DNA of 64,000 nt, taken from Octopus vulgaris (Eukaryota). The DNA is taken from assembly GCA_951406725.2 (NCBI GenBank), contig OX597822.1:42718001-42782000 (forward strand), written 5' to 3'. Under the pieces are notes generated by a model, which ran no database searches, had not been told where the DNA came from, and saw only the letters and a program-made list of their open reading frames with translations. Numbering within the stretch: position 1 is the first letter of the stretch; the number at the start of each line of letters is the position of its first letter. Positions 40,437-53,909 of this stretch are shown here, in pieces. Position numbers and translations under genes: made by a program.

Positions 40437-40938
40437 GGTAAATATTTCGTAAAGGACCCGTTCCTACCTAGGTGTGAATTAACTTTTTTCCACGGTTTTT
40501 CTTTCGAGTGCATTCAACGTATTTGACCTCCAAACTTACCGCAAGCTACTTTTTTCAGGGAAAGAAAGGGGTGGAGGGTGGTGGAGGCCTCAGAGTTTTG
40601 TTTTTTCTTTTCCAGGTTATTTCGCATACATTCAACGAAGGTGATATCGAAATCACGCGTAAACAGCTCCTTTCTCCAGAAAATAAAAGATTTGGCTGCT
40701 ATTTCTAGCACGCCATGCTACCACGTAACAGCTATTGCGATAAAGGATCCGCCGATATTTCGCTGTGAAATAATTTTTTGATCCCCTCCCCACTCCTTTC
40801 TTTTCCGGAAAAAAAAAGGGTTTGGTGGTCAAATACATTGAATGCACTCGAAAAAAAAAAAACCCCAAAAAAAAAAACCCTGTGGAAAAAAATTATTCCA
40901 CACCGAGGTACGAACTGGTCCTTTACGAAATATCTACC
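40437..40938. mobile_element. Non-autonomous Merlin-type MITE inserted into a SINE
   Basis: TIRs GGTA(A/G)ATATTTCGTAAAGGACC and a perfect 8-bp TSD TTCTACCG (40429-40436, 40939-40946). SINE sequence resumes on both sides. Confidence 0.85.
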
Positions 40939-41159
40939 TTCTACCGGCTCTTTTGCCGAAGCGCTACACGGGTTGCAAAGCAGTGGCGGGGACAAACACA
41001 AAGACATATACATGACAGGCTTCTTTCAGTTTCCGTCTGCCAAATCCGCTCACAATGCACTGGTCGGCCTAGAACTATTACAGAATACACAGATCCAAGG
41101 TGCCAAGAAGAGGGACTGAACCAGGAATTAGTCATTCAGAAGCAAGCTTCTTATCGTAC

Positions 41160-41834
41160 AGCCTGTAGTGTAATTTCACGCGCACACATGAACGTGCGCA
41201 CGCATTTACGTACACGTACGGACTACAGACGGTATTGGTGACATAAAACTGGGACATCGCTCAATGTCGTAAGTCGATTTGTGTCATAACTAGGAACCAA
41301 CAAAAGGTCACAAACAATTACCAGCAATCGGCAAGCCTCCCCTGCTGAGCCTTACTATTACTAGCAGCAGCAGCAACAGTAACAATAATAGTAGTAGTAT
41401 CAATAAATATCAATAATAATTTTAATAATGATCCATGTCATAATAATAGGAAGCAAAAATACATTTTGAATATAGTTTGAATATATATTTTTTGTTATTG
41501 ATATGATTTTTGTGGTAAAGTTCGGAAATGTTCGTTGATTTCCGGTTACATCACAAAAATTTTAGTATCACGGTGACCGTGGAAGCTGGTGTGTCTGTCG
41601 TCTTCTAAAGAAGTCTGCTTCTTACTGTTGTGGTTGTTATTGTTGTGACGACCCTGTGTATGTGTGTATAGATATACACACGTAAGCGCGTGTGTGTACG
41701 TGTTACATAATGGAATTACATGTTACCGTTGCTGTTATAGGGAGACGGGACCACTGCCACCAAAAATAACAACACCACGATCTCGATTGTTACCACCTCT
41801 AACTTCAGTAACAACTTCACCCGGTATAACTGAG
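41160..41834 (+). promoter_or_regulatory. Candidate COASY promoter and non-coding first exon
   Basis: Non-repeat, CpG-enriched stretch with GGACTACA (41220), ETS-like CGGAA/TTCCGG (41523-41545) and a good donor GAG|GTAGGT after 41834. The ATG-bearing exon begins at a splice acceptor, so an upstream 5'UTR exon is required. Assignment to COASY is inference. Confidence 0.45.
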
Positions 41835-42044
41835 GTAGGTGGCTGGTTCGCATCTCACGAGTTAGTTTCTGATAACTGTAAAAATCAATTTGTGACCCAG
41901 GACCCCAATCTATCACACTTTCTTTTGCCTCTCTTTTTCTCTTTCCCTTTTTATTTCTGTTTCTGTGTTTCCATCTCGCTTTCTTTCTCATGTCCCTTCG
42001 TCTATCGCTTTTATAACTTTCATTCTCTCCCCTCCTATGTCTGC

Positions 42045-42075
<31 letters not shown>

Positions 42076-42562
42076 CCCCCTCTCTCTCTCTCACTCTCTG
42101 TGAAAGCTGTGGACAGTCCTTTCTGCCAGACGAAACCATATGTTAAAAAGTTCACTTCGCAACTACGTAGTTTCAGGTTCGATCTCAGTGCGTGGCACAC
42201 TGAGCATATCTCTTTTATCATCGCTTCGGTAGACGAAAACTGTAGACATCTGTTGCATATGTATGTATTTGTGTTTGTATTTATACCGGTTTTGAGATTG
42301 ATGTTCTTTGGTTGTGTCCCTTTATGCCCTGTAATTGTGCGGTTCAACAAAGAGGTATCGACAAAACAAGTACCCCACTTATATTTGGTTCTCTTGAAGG
42401 GCTTTAGTCGATCATGCCGGTCTTTGACTATAACTTCCTTTCCTTCTACAACCTTTGTACTCATATCAAACCCATTCCACCCATTATGTTACGTTATCAT
42501 AGTTATATCAAACTACATCGTATGATATGCTCGCCCCACTTTTTATTTTTAAGAGCGTAAGG

Positions 42563-42815
42563 CAGTGGTCATCAACCAGTTTTTACATATGGACCCTTTT
42601 GATTACTGTTTTACTCTACTTGACCCCTATAGCTATTTGAGGTTTAGAAAATCCTATTATATTTTCATAATTCAATATCAATAGGAATTGTGTTAAAAAA
42701 TGTTAGACTATTTTATGTGTTGAAGAAGTGTAACCAATTTATCGCGCATAAATTTTAACAACAAAATCTTATATGAACCCCTAAGGGCCATATAAACCTC
42801 GGTTGAGAAACACTG
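42563..42815. mobile_element. hAT (Charlie-like) MITE
   Basis: Ends CAGTGGTCATCAACC / GGTTGAGAAACACTG, with a degenerate 8-bp TSD GCGTAAGG / GCATAGGG. Confidence 0.65.
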
Positions 42816-44274
42816 GCATAGGGTGCACTGTGAAAGGGATTTGGTTACTATTTCTAATAGATAGAACGAAATGAAAAGGCATTATATAAATAAGGGTATT
42901 GATCGTATCTCATTACTTAACCTCTCATTTCTAATTCCTCTTTTCTTTCATTCTTCAACTTTTTGTTGCTCTCGTCCCATCCCACGTACATAATGTATAT
43001 GCTAATATATATTCAACTCTCGCAAACTTATCTGCCCCGATGCACATGTACAGAAATATATGTTTCTATTGCTTGCTCGTTCATGTATATACAAATATAT
43101 CTATCCATTACGTATATACGAATACATCTATCTAATACACACACTTTTATTTGCAAACATATTCCCTACACATCTAAGTAAATATATCTAACTTTCCAGT
43201 ACGTATCACACATCTGTATTCAAACATCGTTTCCCGTTTCTTCTGCGAGTGAAACTTTGTTATAATGAAGCTTAATACTGCGGCAATTTAACAACCAAAA
43301 TCACATATAAAAAAAAAAGGAACTCATTGTTTGATTTTCTCAGAAATTCCCGCTTTAATTTGAATATCCTTTTATGAACCAGCTTATCGCTTCAAAGCAC
43401 TTGTCACACTTGGAATGATATTTCTGTCGGGGAGTCCTTTTTGTACGATGGTGACTTTAATTTTGTTAAAGTACATCATCAATCTCTATAATACTGTCTC
43501 AAGTCCTCAGGGATTGAAACCACAATCTTGTGATTGTGAGAGCAACATTTAACCATTAGGTCACTCACCTATTTATAACCACTATTTATTTCTTTACAGC
43601 ACTACAACTGATTCATTCTCACTTTCCCCACCACTAAATGTGAGTTGTCTTTACCAGAACTTGCTCTGTCCCACACCCTTCTTATATCCTCATTTCCTAG
43701 CATAAAGCTGCCCCCACACTTGGGTTTCATAGTCTTGCAAGTTGCATGGTGACCTCACTAGTACCAGTGGAAAAAAAAAAAAAAAAAAAAAAAAAAACAT
43801 CCAGTACACCCTGTAAAGTGATTTTGTGTTAGGAAACGGCATCCAGCCATAGAAACCATGCCAAAGTAGACTCTTGGAGCATGCTGTATTCTTTGAATCC
43901 ATCAGGTCCTGCCAAACCATCCAACCCATGCCATTATTGAACATGGTCATTACATGATGACGAGGGCATGTTACCTTGTACTTCTAAAAGGAGTGTAAAA
44001 CTTGATTTACAGTGACTGATGATAAATATCAAACCTTCAAAGACGTCTGGAATAATTCAAACATTATGGGAGCAGAAAGGAAAATATAAAGTTAAGCATT
44101 CATGTCTCATTGCACTTGGACAAAATTTTCTTCAAATGTAGTTGAAGAGGATCATGTGATGAGAGATGAAACAGTCTTAATTAGCAACAACTTTGTAGTA
44201 CCTATGGTACAAGATTTAGGATTTGAAGTTCATACATGCTTATCGTGAGACTCTTATCTATAAAGACCTCAGGG

Positions 44275-44426
44275 CACTAGCAAAGCTAGTGGGGGTGGCA
44301 CTAGGGGCAGTCTGCTCCAGGTAGTACTTTTGGCTCTGCTGTAGGCAATATGTGTTTCCTGTGGGGGTCCAGGGGTGGCAAACAGAAGGACCACCCCAGG
44401 CGGCACACATTCTAGCTATGCTAGTG
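44275..44426. mobile_element. hAT-type MITE
   Basis: TIRs CACTAGCA(A/T)AGCTAG and a perfect 8-bp TSD CCTCAGGG. Confidence 0.8.
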
Positions 44427-46501
44427 CCTCAGGGACTTAAAAGAATCATGTGTATGTAGTTCAGAGGGCAAGGAAGAGATGCTTTTGCAATCTGTACTAA
44501 CAAAAAATCTTAACTTAGTTTTTTAGTATTATATTTATGTTTTAGTACCATTATAGTACATTGAGAAGCCACCTGAACTTGCATCTCCTATTAATCATTC
44601 TCACTCTTGCTTTCCTGAAGGTGAGTAACCATGTAATTCCTCTACAAAAACCAGCTTGCCCTTCCCTCCTCATTGAATTACACATAATTTTGTTCTCTGG
44701 AGTTTTTCTGTTCATATAGGTGCACTGTTGGCCTACTATATATCAAACGTGTGTTTTTCTTACAATGATTAAATAAATTTATCTGGGTTACCTTCTTCTG
44801 ATAAGGAGGTTTGTGTTAGCAAAGTAGGAATGTGGAACATACTTATTTCGTTAATTGAAGTATTGGTGTATTTGAAAAAAAAAAAGTATGTCTGTAGTAC
44901 TGTAATGTAAATGCAAGTAGCCACACTAGAAATAAATTTAAAAACCCTAATATTATGTTTATGGTAATATAGTCTTCTCAATTTGTCTGTCTTTATGTTC
45001 TGAGTTCAAATTCAGCTGAGGTCAACTTTGCCTTTCATCCTTTCAGGGTCGATAAATTAAGTACCAGTTGCATACTGGGGTTGATCTAATCGACTGGTCC
45101 CCTCGCCCCAAATTTCAGACCTTGTGCTTAGTGTAGAAAAGAGTATAGTCTTCTCAATTCGTCTGTCTTTATGTTCTGAGTTCAAATTCAGCTGAGGTCA
45201 ACTTTGCCTTGCAGCTCTCTGTCAAACCATTCAACCCCTACCAGCATCGAAAATGGACATTAAATGATGATGATAATGATATTGTTCTATACTATACAAC
45301 ACAATACCATAATATACTGTTCTACATTAGCCTCTACTATACTACACTGTTACACTATAATATTCTATATGGTACACTATACTAAACTATACTATACTAT
45401 ACCATAATGTACTAATGCTACTATACTTCACTGTTCTATACTACGACTGGTGCTGTCTTTTCGTCTGATGTCACTTCATCAAACGTCTTTTCATCCATGT
45501 CTTTTGGTCTGATGTCTTTTTGTCCGATGATTTTTTTTGTTCAACCACAAATCCTATCAATAAAATTCTCAACGATTATTTGATTTTGATGTTCACCTTG
45601 TTTTCTAAAGAATTTATTTAAAATTGGACACAAAAAAATCATTGGACAAAAAATCGGGTCACGACTACAACTACTCTAAGTTGCTAGAAACAACAACAAG
45701 GTCTCCCTCAAATTAAATCCCACCATCTTAGAAAAGGGAGAGGATTGAGTCGAGTCAATAAGGCAGTTTGAATAAACAAAAACACAACAGAAGGCTGGAT
45801 GGTCGTGGCTGGAACATTTTTGGATTGTAGATTTTTCTCAGTGAGGGCTGATTTGGCACCAAACCACTGCCACCACCACTACAGCCATTACCACCATCAC
45901 ATTGGTGGAAAGAGTACAGAATGCCCCTTCAATGAAAATATGCACCCCATGATTCATCACTTTATGTGTCTGATCCTGGTGTTTAGGCATGGTATCACTG
46001 GAAATACAGACCCCTGGGTTACAACTTGTTGTTTTTACATGCTACCATAGTTCATGCAGTGACCAATTACACACACACACACACACAGGTGTATTGGTAT
46101 GGTGTCACTGCAAATATAAATCTTTGGGTTACACCATGTTTTTCTTATATGCAACCATAGTTTTCTTGATCTGTGGGCCATGTATTAACCAATCACACAC
46201 ACACACACACACACAGATGTATCGGTATAAACTTAGATAAACTTAGATATGTTTCGACCAAAGATTGGTCCAGGCCATGTCTAACTTAATAGCACCACCT
46301 GATAGGATTATTCGAATCCTGTTTAAGTCAAGTTTTGTTCAAGTAGTGAGTTCTTGTTGGGTGAGTTGTATCCAGTTTTGTTCAAGTAGTGGTGTCACTA
46401 CAAATGTAAGTTTTTGGGTTACACCATGTTTTTCTTATATGCTACTATAGTTTTGTTGATTTGTCAGCCACGTATTAACCAATTTCACACACACACATGC
46501 A

Positions 46502-46550
<49 letters not shown>

Positions 46551-47031
46551 CCTCTGTAGCTCTAATTTGTTACACACACTCACAAACACTTTGCTATTAT
46601 TTTTCTGATAAAACTGCTGACACCAATTCCTAAAACGACACTGTTTCTTATCTGGGTGTTTGTATGAAGGTTTGTATGGGATGGTGGTGGAGATAGAAAA
46701 TGGGATTTGGTAGAATAAAGGTGATTGGTATTGTGGTAGTGGTGGTGATGATGCTGATGATGATGGTGGTGGCGGCGGGGTAAGGAACTAATAAGGTCTC
46801 AGCTGGAATGTGTTTGGAGCTGAAACCAGTGCTAAACAACTGTCTAAATGTGTTTACGCATATCTATTCAGACACACACACATTACCTGTATTGACCTGA
46901 CTATTTGGTGTAGTTATACACTGCTAATCACAGTGCGCTTCCAGTTCTTTCTTGGTCAGTCACAAGTCATTGGTCAAGGTCTGCTCTGTAAAAGCTGACC
47001 TGGTAATAAACAACATCATCATCATTATCAT

Positions 47032-47430
47032 AGGCGCAGGAGTGGCTGTGTGGTATGTAGCTTGCTTACCAACCACATGGTTCCAGGTTCAGTCCCACTG
47101 CATGGCACCTTGAGCAAAGGTCTTCTACTATAGCCTCGGGCCGACCAAAGCCTTGTGAGTGGATTTGGTAGATGGAAACTGAAAGAAGCCCGTCGTATAT
47201 ATGTATATATATATGTGTGTGTGTATGTTTGTGTGTCTGTGTTTGTCCCCTTAGCATTGCTTGACAACCGATGCTGGGGTGTTTATGTCTCCGTCACTTA
47301 GCGGTTCGGCAAAAAGAGACCGATAGAATAAGTACTGGGCTTACAAAGAATAAGTCCCGGGGTCGAGTTGCTCGATTAAAGGCGGTGCTCCAGCATGGCC
47401 GCAGTCAAATGCCTGAAACAAGTAAAAGAG
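47032..47430 (+). mobile_element. tRNA-derived SINE family B (other copies at about 3205-3545, 20400-20668, 27260-27670, 32873-33265, 63263-63670)
   Basis: GGCGCAGGAGTGGCTGTGTGGTA...GGTTCAGTCCC head, internal TA/TG microsatellite, and end CCAGCATGGCCGCAGTCAAATG.CTGAAACAAGTAAAAGAG. Confidence 0.85.
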
Positions 47431-47431
47431 T

Positions 47432-48190
47432 AACATCCGCTTTCCATGCTGAATGGTTGGACGGTTTGACTGAGGACTGGCATGCCAGATGGCTGTACCA
47501 GGCTCCAGTCTGATCTGGCAAGGTTTCTACAGCTAGATGCCCTTCCTAATGCCAACCATTCTGAGAGTGTAGTGGGTGCTTTTTACATGCCACTGGCACA
47601 GGAGCCAGTCAGGCAGTACTGGCATTGACCACGCTTGAATGGTGCTTTTTATGTGCCAGTCAGGTGGAACCGGCAATGATCATGCTCGAATAGTACTTTT
47701 TATGTACCACCAGCACTGGAGCCAGTCAAGCAGCACTGGCGATGGCTAAGCTCAAATAGTGCTTTTTTTTACATGCCACCAGCACAGGACCAGTCAGGCA
47801 GCACAGGCATCGGCCATGTCAATGACTTCACTTGACTCAACAGGTTTTCACAAGCACAGTTTATTGCCCAAAGATTGAAGGGTACACTTAAATGGGCCAG
47901 TTATGCTGCACTGGTGCATAGGCCACAGTTACAGTCTCACTTGGCTTGCCAGGTCTTCTCTAATACAGCATATCTCCAAAGGTCTTGGTTACTTGTCATT
48001 GCCTCTGTGAGGCCCAACGTTCGAAGGTCATGCTTCACCACCTCATCCCAGGTCTTCCTGGGTCTACTTCTTCCACAGGTTCCCTCAACTGCTAGGGTGT
48101 GACACTTTTTCACACAGCTGTCCTCATCCATACGCAACACATGACCATATCAGTGCAGTTGTCTCTCTTGCTCACCTCATCTGATGCTTC
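47432..48190 (-). mobile_element. RTE-clade LINE 3' end with repetitive 3'UTR
   Basis: GHVLRMDEDSCVKKC...EGTCGRSRPRKTWDEVVKHDL...W, followed by tandem GGTGCTTTTTA.ATGCCA units. The 3' tail is shared with many short (GAT)n-tailed repeats in the window (e.g. 3755, 48960-49180). Confidence 0.8.
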
Positions 48191-48656
48191 TTGTTCACAC
48201 ATATCTATTCAGACACACATACACAAACACACTCTGATACACACACACATACAAGGAGAAACACGTGCATACACACACACACACACATTGGCCAGATATT
48301 GACTGTAATTATGTGCTTCCAGTTCTTTCTTTTTTTCTAGTCAAGTAGTCCATCCCACTCAAAAGGTCCCTGAATAAGGATTGTTTAAGGATGTTGAATG
48401 AACCACCCATGTTCCCAAAGAATTCCTCTCAACACATGGCTATGATGCTCCCCACTACTTGTTGTGATTAGGGATGCCACTAAGGGACATGCTCAACTGG
48501 TTAAGGTCAAACAACTGACAAGCAAATCTGTGGCATTGAGCAGAATATTTGCTGTAGCCCATCTTTTATACCAAGGCAAAACAATGTACATGATAACACT
48601 TCCAATCTGTTAAGATCAGAAGCCATGAGAGCCACTGCCTGGTACTGCATCAAGGC

Positions 48657-48690
<34 letters not shown>

Positions 48691-49825
48691 GTTAAAGGCG
48701 GTGAGCTGGCAGAGTTGTTAGCACGCTGAAGGAAATGCTTAGCGGTATTTCACCTGTCACTACATTCTGAGTTCAAAATCCGCCAAGCTTGACTTTGCCT
48801 TTCATCATTTCAGGGTCGATAAATTAAGTACCAGTTATGCACTGGAGTTGATATAATTGACTAGCTCCCTCCCCTCAAATTTCAGGACTTGTCCCTTCAG
48901 TAGAGAGAATTATTATTATTGTCATTATTATGGCATGTAAAATGTACTATCCAAACATAATTGATGCCAGGCCCGCCTGATTGGCTTCTGTGCTGGTGGC
49001 AAGTAAAAAGCACCCACTACACTCTCAGAGTGGTTGGCATTAGGAAGGGCATCCAGCTGTAGAAACATTGCCAGATCAAGACTGGAGCCTGGTGCAGCTG
49101 CTGGCTCTCCAGACCTCAGTCAAACTGTCCGACCCATGCCAGCATGGAAAATGGACGTTTAAACGATGATGATGATGAGGATGTGGTGAGCAGACAGAAT
49201 CATTAGCACACCAGACAAAGTGCTTAGTGACACTTTGTCCATCTTTACATCTTGAGTTCAAATTCCACCAATGTCAACTTTGCGTTTCATTCTCTTGGGG
49301 TTAATAAAAATAAGTACCAGACAAACACTGGCATTGATGTAATTAATGAACCCCTTTTCTACAAAATTTCAGGCTTTGTGCCTATAGAAGAAAGGATTAT
49401 TATTACAAGGGCAGTGGCTAGCAGAGTTGGTAAAGTATTGGAGAAAATTCATTGTAGCATTTTAGTTATGTACTCTTTACATACTGATTTCAAATCCTGC
49501 AGGTGTTGACTTGGCATTTTGTTCATCTAATGAAATAAAGTATTAGTTAATGAAAGAAGTACCAGCTATATTTTGGTGTTCACTTTGATTGATTACAGGT
49601 CTTCCCCCTGTTTCATAGCATTCAAAGATAGGAATTATCATTAATCCTGTAGCTGCAAAAGTGATCTACCCATGCTTCACATAAATGTTAAATATTTTAT
49701 TTGTGTGTTTTTCTCTCTTTGATTTCTTTTTTCTTTTCTTTTTTTTTTCCAACAGGTATTCTAATCTTTCATTCTATTAGATTTTGGTAAATTTGGTATC
49801 AACAGGAACAAATTCTTCAAGCATC

Positions 49826-50531
49826 ATGTCTCGTTCTGTGTTGTTGTTACTTACTTCACCGATTCCAAAGTTGAAATCAAAGGTACATGCAATCTTGCAG
49901 GCAACTAAACAATATGCAAAGAACTCGCTCTATATCCAACTTCAGCCAATGCAAAAGCCTTCAACACCCAGTTCTGCTGCAGTGTTTAAGCTGCAGCATG
50001 TCGCACCAACAGAAGATGCCTTCCACCTGATGCAACAATTCTATCAGACCAATGCTGCTTTATTCAAACAAATAGATCTTCGGATCATCTTAGATTCTTT
50101 TGGTGCTGCCCCCGTACCTGATCCTGTGGTTACAAAAACTACAACTTCATCATCTGGGCAAGACCAAACTTACCAGTCTTTGAGGAACTTTGACATCATA
50201 CTGCATGATTTTATTACGTCTGACGCCAACCACAAAAACAGATTCTTGCATGATGTTGCACATTGCTTTCCCAAGTGTGATCTGGGTCAAAATTTTGAGA
50301 ACATTGTGCCTCTTCCCTTACCCCAAACGCCATTGAACGATGATGCCTCACCGAGAACAACTGAAGACACTTCAGGAGTAGCCTCAGTGGTAATGACCAC
50401 ATATGACCATGTCGTGCTGGGTGGAACCTTCGACCGGTTGCATGCAGGACACAAAGTGTTGCTCACCCAGGCGTGTCTCCTCTCGTCCCGTGCTGTCATG
50501 ATTGGAGTAACAGATGACAACTTTGCTGCAA
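49826..50531 (+). CDS. COASY: Bifunctional coenzyme A synthase, first coding exon (N-terminal region plus start of the phosphopantetheine adenylyltransferase domain)
   Basis: Translation MSRSVLLLLTSP...YDHVVLGGTFDRLHAGHKVLLTQACLL...IGVTDD contains the GGTFDxLHxGH (HxGH) nucleotidyltransferase motif of PPAT/COASY. A strong polypyrimidine tract and CAG acceptor end at 49755 (exon starts 49756), the ATG is at 49826, and the donor is A|GTAATT after 50531 (phase 1). Confidence 0.9.
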
Positions 50532-50721
50532 GTAATTTTAGTATTTTTTTGTGACTCCACTCACCACTGCCATTACTAAACACATGCACACTTATATATG
50601 GAGTATATATATATATACAGAGAAAGAGATAGATAGATAGAGAGAGAGAGAAAGAGAGTTTCAAAAATATATTTGTGCATGCACATCACAGCGATAAACA
50701 TGAACATTCATACATACATAA

Positions 50722-50973
50722 AATAAATGTTCCTTCTCGAGCCATGCCAGGCTCATAAGGGCTGGTTTCCTGGTTTCAGTGGCGTAGAAATTTACTACCT
50801 GGACAGGATGCCGGTCCGTTGCAGGGTTACTCATTTTTGCCAGCTGAGTGGACTGGAGCAACGTGAAATGAAGTGTTTTGCTCAAGAACACAATGCATCA
50901 CCCGGTCCAGGAATCGAAACCACAACCTTACGATCATGAGTTCAACACCCTAACCACTAAGCCATGCACCTCT
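50722..50973 (-). mobile_element. tRNA-derived SINE family C (other copies at about 4092-4430, 5840-6170, 9490-9850, 18690-19010, 20775-21060, 59590-59830)
   Basis: Head GAGGTGCATGGCTTAGTGGTTAGGG...TTCGATTCC and shared core TTCACGTTGCTCCAGTCCACTCAGCTG. Confidence 0.8.
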
Positions 50974-51006
<33 letters not shown>

Positions 51007-51100
51007 CACACACATATATACATATGCATACAGCTTGGATTATAAATCTACCTACATACTATATATCTGTCTATCTTTCTACATACATATATATATATAT

Positions 51101-51415
51101 AAAACAATTGCAGCATGGAAGGTGTTTATAAGCCATTTAAGAAACACACAAAAACCGTTAGATTCACTTCAACATTTAAACTTAATTTGTCAAAATATTT
51201 TCGTCGCTTTGAGATGCAGCAGGAAGTTTTGTCAGTGAACAGGTCGCAGTCTCAAAGCGACGAAAATATTTTGACAAATTAAATTTAAATGTTGAAGTGA
51301 GTCTAACAGTTTTTGTGTGTTTCTTAAATGGCTTATAAACACCTTCCATGCTGCAATTGTTTTCGTTCCAGCACATGATCTCAGATCAGGTCACTTGCTA
51401 TGCAAGTACATCTCC

Positions 51416-51417
<2 letters not shown>
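51101..51417 (+). mobile_element. Fold-back element (inverted arms of ~113 bp plus unique tail), Penelope inverted-pLTR-like
   Basis: 51101-51214 is a near-perfect reverse complement of 51250-51363. The central hammerhead motif is followed by a ~55-bp tail, with (TA)n on both flanks. Confidence 0.75.
51228..51278 (+). ncRNA. Hammerhead ribozyme motif with swapped G3-C8 core pair
   Basis: UUUGUCA-GUGAACA-g-GUCGC(AGUCUCAAA)GCGAC-GAAA-AUAU-UU/UGACAAA: 7-bp stem I, 5-bp stem II, palindromic stem III (AAAUAUUU). The core is GUGAACA instead of CUGANGA. Confidence 0.65.
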
Positions 51418-51455
<38 letters not shown>

Positions 51456-51458
<3 letters not shown>

Positions 51459-51656
51459 TAATCCTTTCCATATCATGGTTTATTATTTAAGCTTATGTCG
51501 ATTCCTCCGTGGTGTTGTTTTGCATTTATAATAAAATAAATTTATACAAATTATATAAATAATAATACAAAATATACACTACTGTTTCTACTTTGTGGAT
51601 TTTCACCTATCACAAGGTTTTGGAATGTAACATCTGCAATAGTCAAGGGATTACTG
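51456..51656. mobile_element. Tc1/mariner (Tigger-like) MITE
   Basis: TA|CAGTAATCCTTT ... AAGGGATTACTG|TA. Confidence 0.7.
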
Positions 51657-52186
51657 TATCTATATATAGATAGATAAATAGATTTATCGTAGAAACCATA
51701 CCAAATCAGGTTGGAACCTGGTGCAGCTCCCTGGCTCATCAGTTTTCAGTCAAACCATTCAACCCATGGCAGCATGGAAAGCAGATGTCAAATGATGATG
51801 ATGATGATAGTATGTTGGAAGGTTTATAATCCAAGCTGTGTCCTCTTGAAGCACTTTTGCTTATTCCAATACTTCAAAATTGTACACAAGAGGTGTGCAT
51901 AAGAGTTGAAAAATACTGCTAATGTTTTTTGCAGAGTGGCTACTTATTAAAACAGAAGATTAGAAAAATTTTTGGTTATATTCATCATTGCACATGTTTC
52001 ATTTGATTAATCTGTCTGAAGAATTTCAAAGAGGAGATATATCTTACCTGTTTCCCCTACATGTACAGTTTCATAACTCCTATTAGCAAATGAAATAAGT
52101 GTAATGATTAATAAATTATACCGAAAATTTTCCAGTTTCTTGTTTTATATATATATATATGTTTTTACTGGTGAAGGCCTGTTTAC

Positions 52187-52245
52187 AGGGTTACCCTTGG
52201 GTTTCTTGCCATAAAGAGTATCTTTATGATGTGTCATCAGACCCT
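52187..52245 (-). ncRNA. Type I hammerhead ribozyme motif
   Basis: Minus strand AGGGU-CUGAUGA-cacau-CAUAAAGA(UAC)UCUUUAUG-gcaa-GAAAC-CC(AA)GG-GUA/ACCCU: perfect 5-bp stem I and intact core; the base of stem II is imperfect. Confidence 0.7.
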
Positions 52246-52560
52246 AAGACTTGTTGTCCTATGGCCTCTTTAAAGTATGGAGGGGAAAATGAACTGGATA
52301 TAAACAATGAGTGTTGTCTCCCTCTTCTGGTGGTTATCAGTTTCTGGCTATGTCGTCCTCCTTCAGCTATGCCACCTGTCAGCTGTGAGGGTAGAAAGCA
52401 GGGGGTTATCTCCCACTCTCATCAGCAATCAATTTCCAGCCATGGTGTAAATGTTATCATTAATACCGCTATTATCGTTATGTGGTTTCCAAAATGCTAA
52501 TAGGAATCTCCTGAAATGGAAACAAAGCTTGAAAATCTGTTCTGGAGTTCAGTATATTCA

Positions 52561-52592
<32 letters not shown>

Positions 52593-52604
52593 TAGCAGTA
52601 TATA

Positions 52605-53643
52605 CTAGCAGTATCGCCCGGCGTTGCTCGGGTTTGTTTCGACCTGCTGGAATTGGAATTTTTGAAAAGTAAAAATTTTGCATTATGTAGCTTGTTATTC
52701 TCTTCAAGTGAACATTTTTCTGGTTGCGTGTCAGCAGTGAAAAAATCGTAAAAAATAGGGATTTTCATAGAAAAAAGCACCTTTTTGATGTAAATAATTT
52801 TTGCTGTTAACATGGTCCGATTTGAATTTTATCTTCTACGGAAGGAAGAGCAACCCTTCTATCATACTCTCAATTTTGGTCAACTTGTGCCGCAGGGTCT
52901 CGGAGGAGATAGTGTTAGTTGAAGGCTACCAAACCTGGCGCACACAGACAACTTCAGCTTTATATGTAGAGAGATAACACACACACATTAATACACATAC
53001 ATACACACACACTCTCTCACACACACAGACACACACACACGCACACACACACACACACCTTCTTAGCTTACAATTTTCTTTCAACAATTGACACTGTCAT
53101 ATATGTATATGTTTGCATGTCTATGTGTGTAAAGAGAAAGTGTGCTAATAGGCGGAGTAAGCCTTTGAAGTGAGAGAGGGAAATCGTAAAATATTGAGTT
53201 TTTTCAAATTTTTGCTTAATTGGGGGTCAAATTGAAAGAAATTTATATGCCATGACCGAATGGAATGTATTCGAAAAATCATAGGTAAATTCCAATTGAA
53301 GAAATTCTGTGAGGAGTAAATCATTATGTATTTATTTGTTTGTTTGCTCTGTATTTTTTTTGAGTAGTGGTTTAAGGTACACTTGCAAAGAGAAAGTAGG
53401 AGAAAGTATGGTAATAGCAGGAGTGAAGCAGTTGAAATTAGAGAGGCAAATCGTAAAATATTTACTTTTCTCGAATTTTTGCTTAATTGGGGGTCAAATT
53501 GAAAAAACTTTATATGCCATGACCCAATCGAATCTACTTCGAAAAATCATAGGTAAATTCTAATTGAAGAAATTCTATATTGTAGAATTGTATTAAAAAG
53601 GAACATGGGAACAGGCAGAGAAAATCTGCTTTTATCATAAGAG

Positions 53644-53644
<1 letters not shown>
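52605..53644 (-). mobile_element. Non-autonomous Helitron (composite)
   Basis: Minus-strand 3' end CCCGAGCAACGCCGGGCGATACTGCTAG|T (hairpin + CTAG) and 5' end A|TCTCTTATGATAAAAGCAGA. A second, internal 5'-like end lies near 52974. Confidence 0.7.
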
Positions 53645-53710
<66 letters not shown>

Positions 53711-53909
53711 AATTATTACATTATATAAAAGGGCTTAGTAAAATAAATTACTTTGCCGCATACTGAACTCATTAGAAATAGCAGCTAAAAAACTTTTTTA
53801 AAAGCTATTTCTAATACTTAAAGAAAATCTCTCTCATATAGTGTTTGCTTGACTCAACTCACAAAAGTTTGGGGGTAAGGACATCAAAAAATCAAATGCA
53901 AAGGTTATT

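Noticed and set aside
46238-46290. Stem GACCAA/TTGGTC followed by GAAAC on minus, hammerhead-like
   Set aside because: There is no CUGANGA-equivalent segment of the right length.
49784-49825. N-terminal extension of COASY shown in the ORF track
   Set aside because: It starts at TTG under a bacterial-style start rule; the first ATG in the exon is at 49826.
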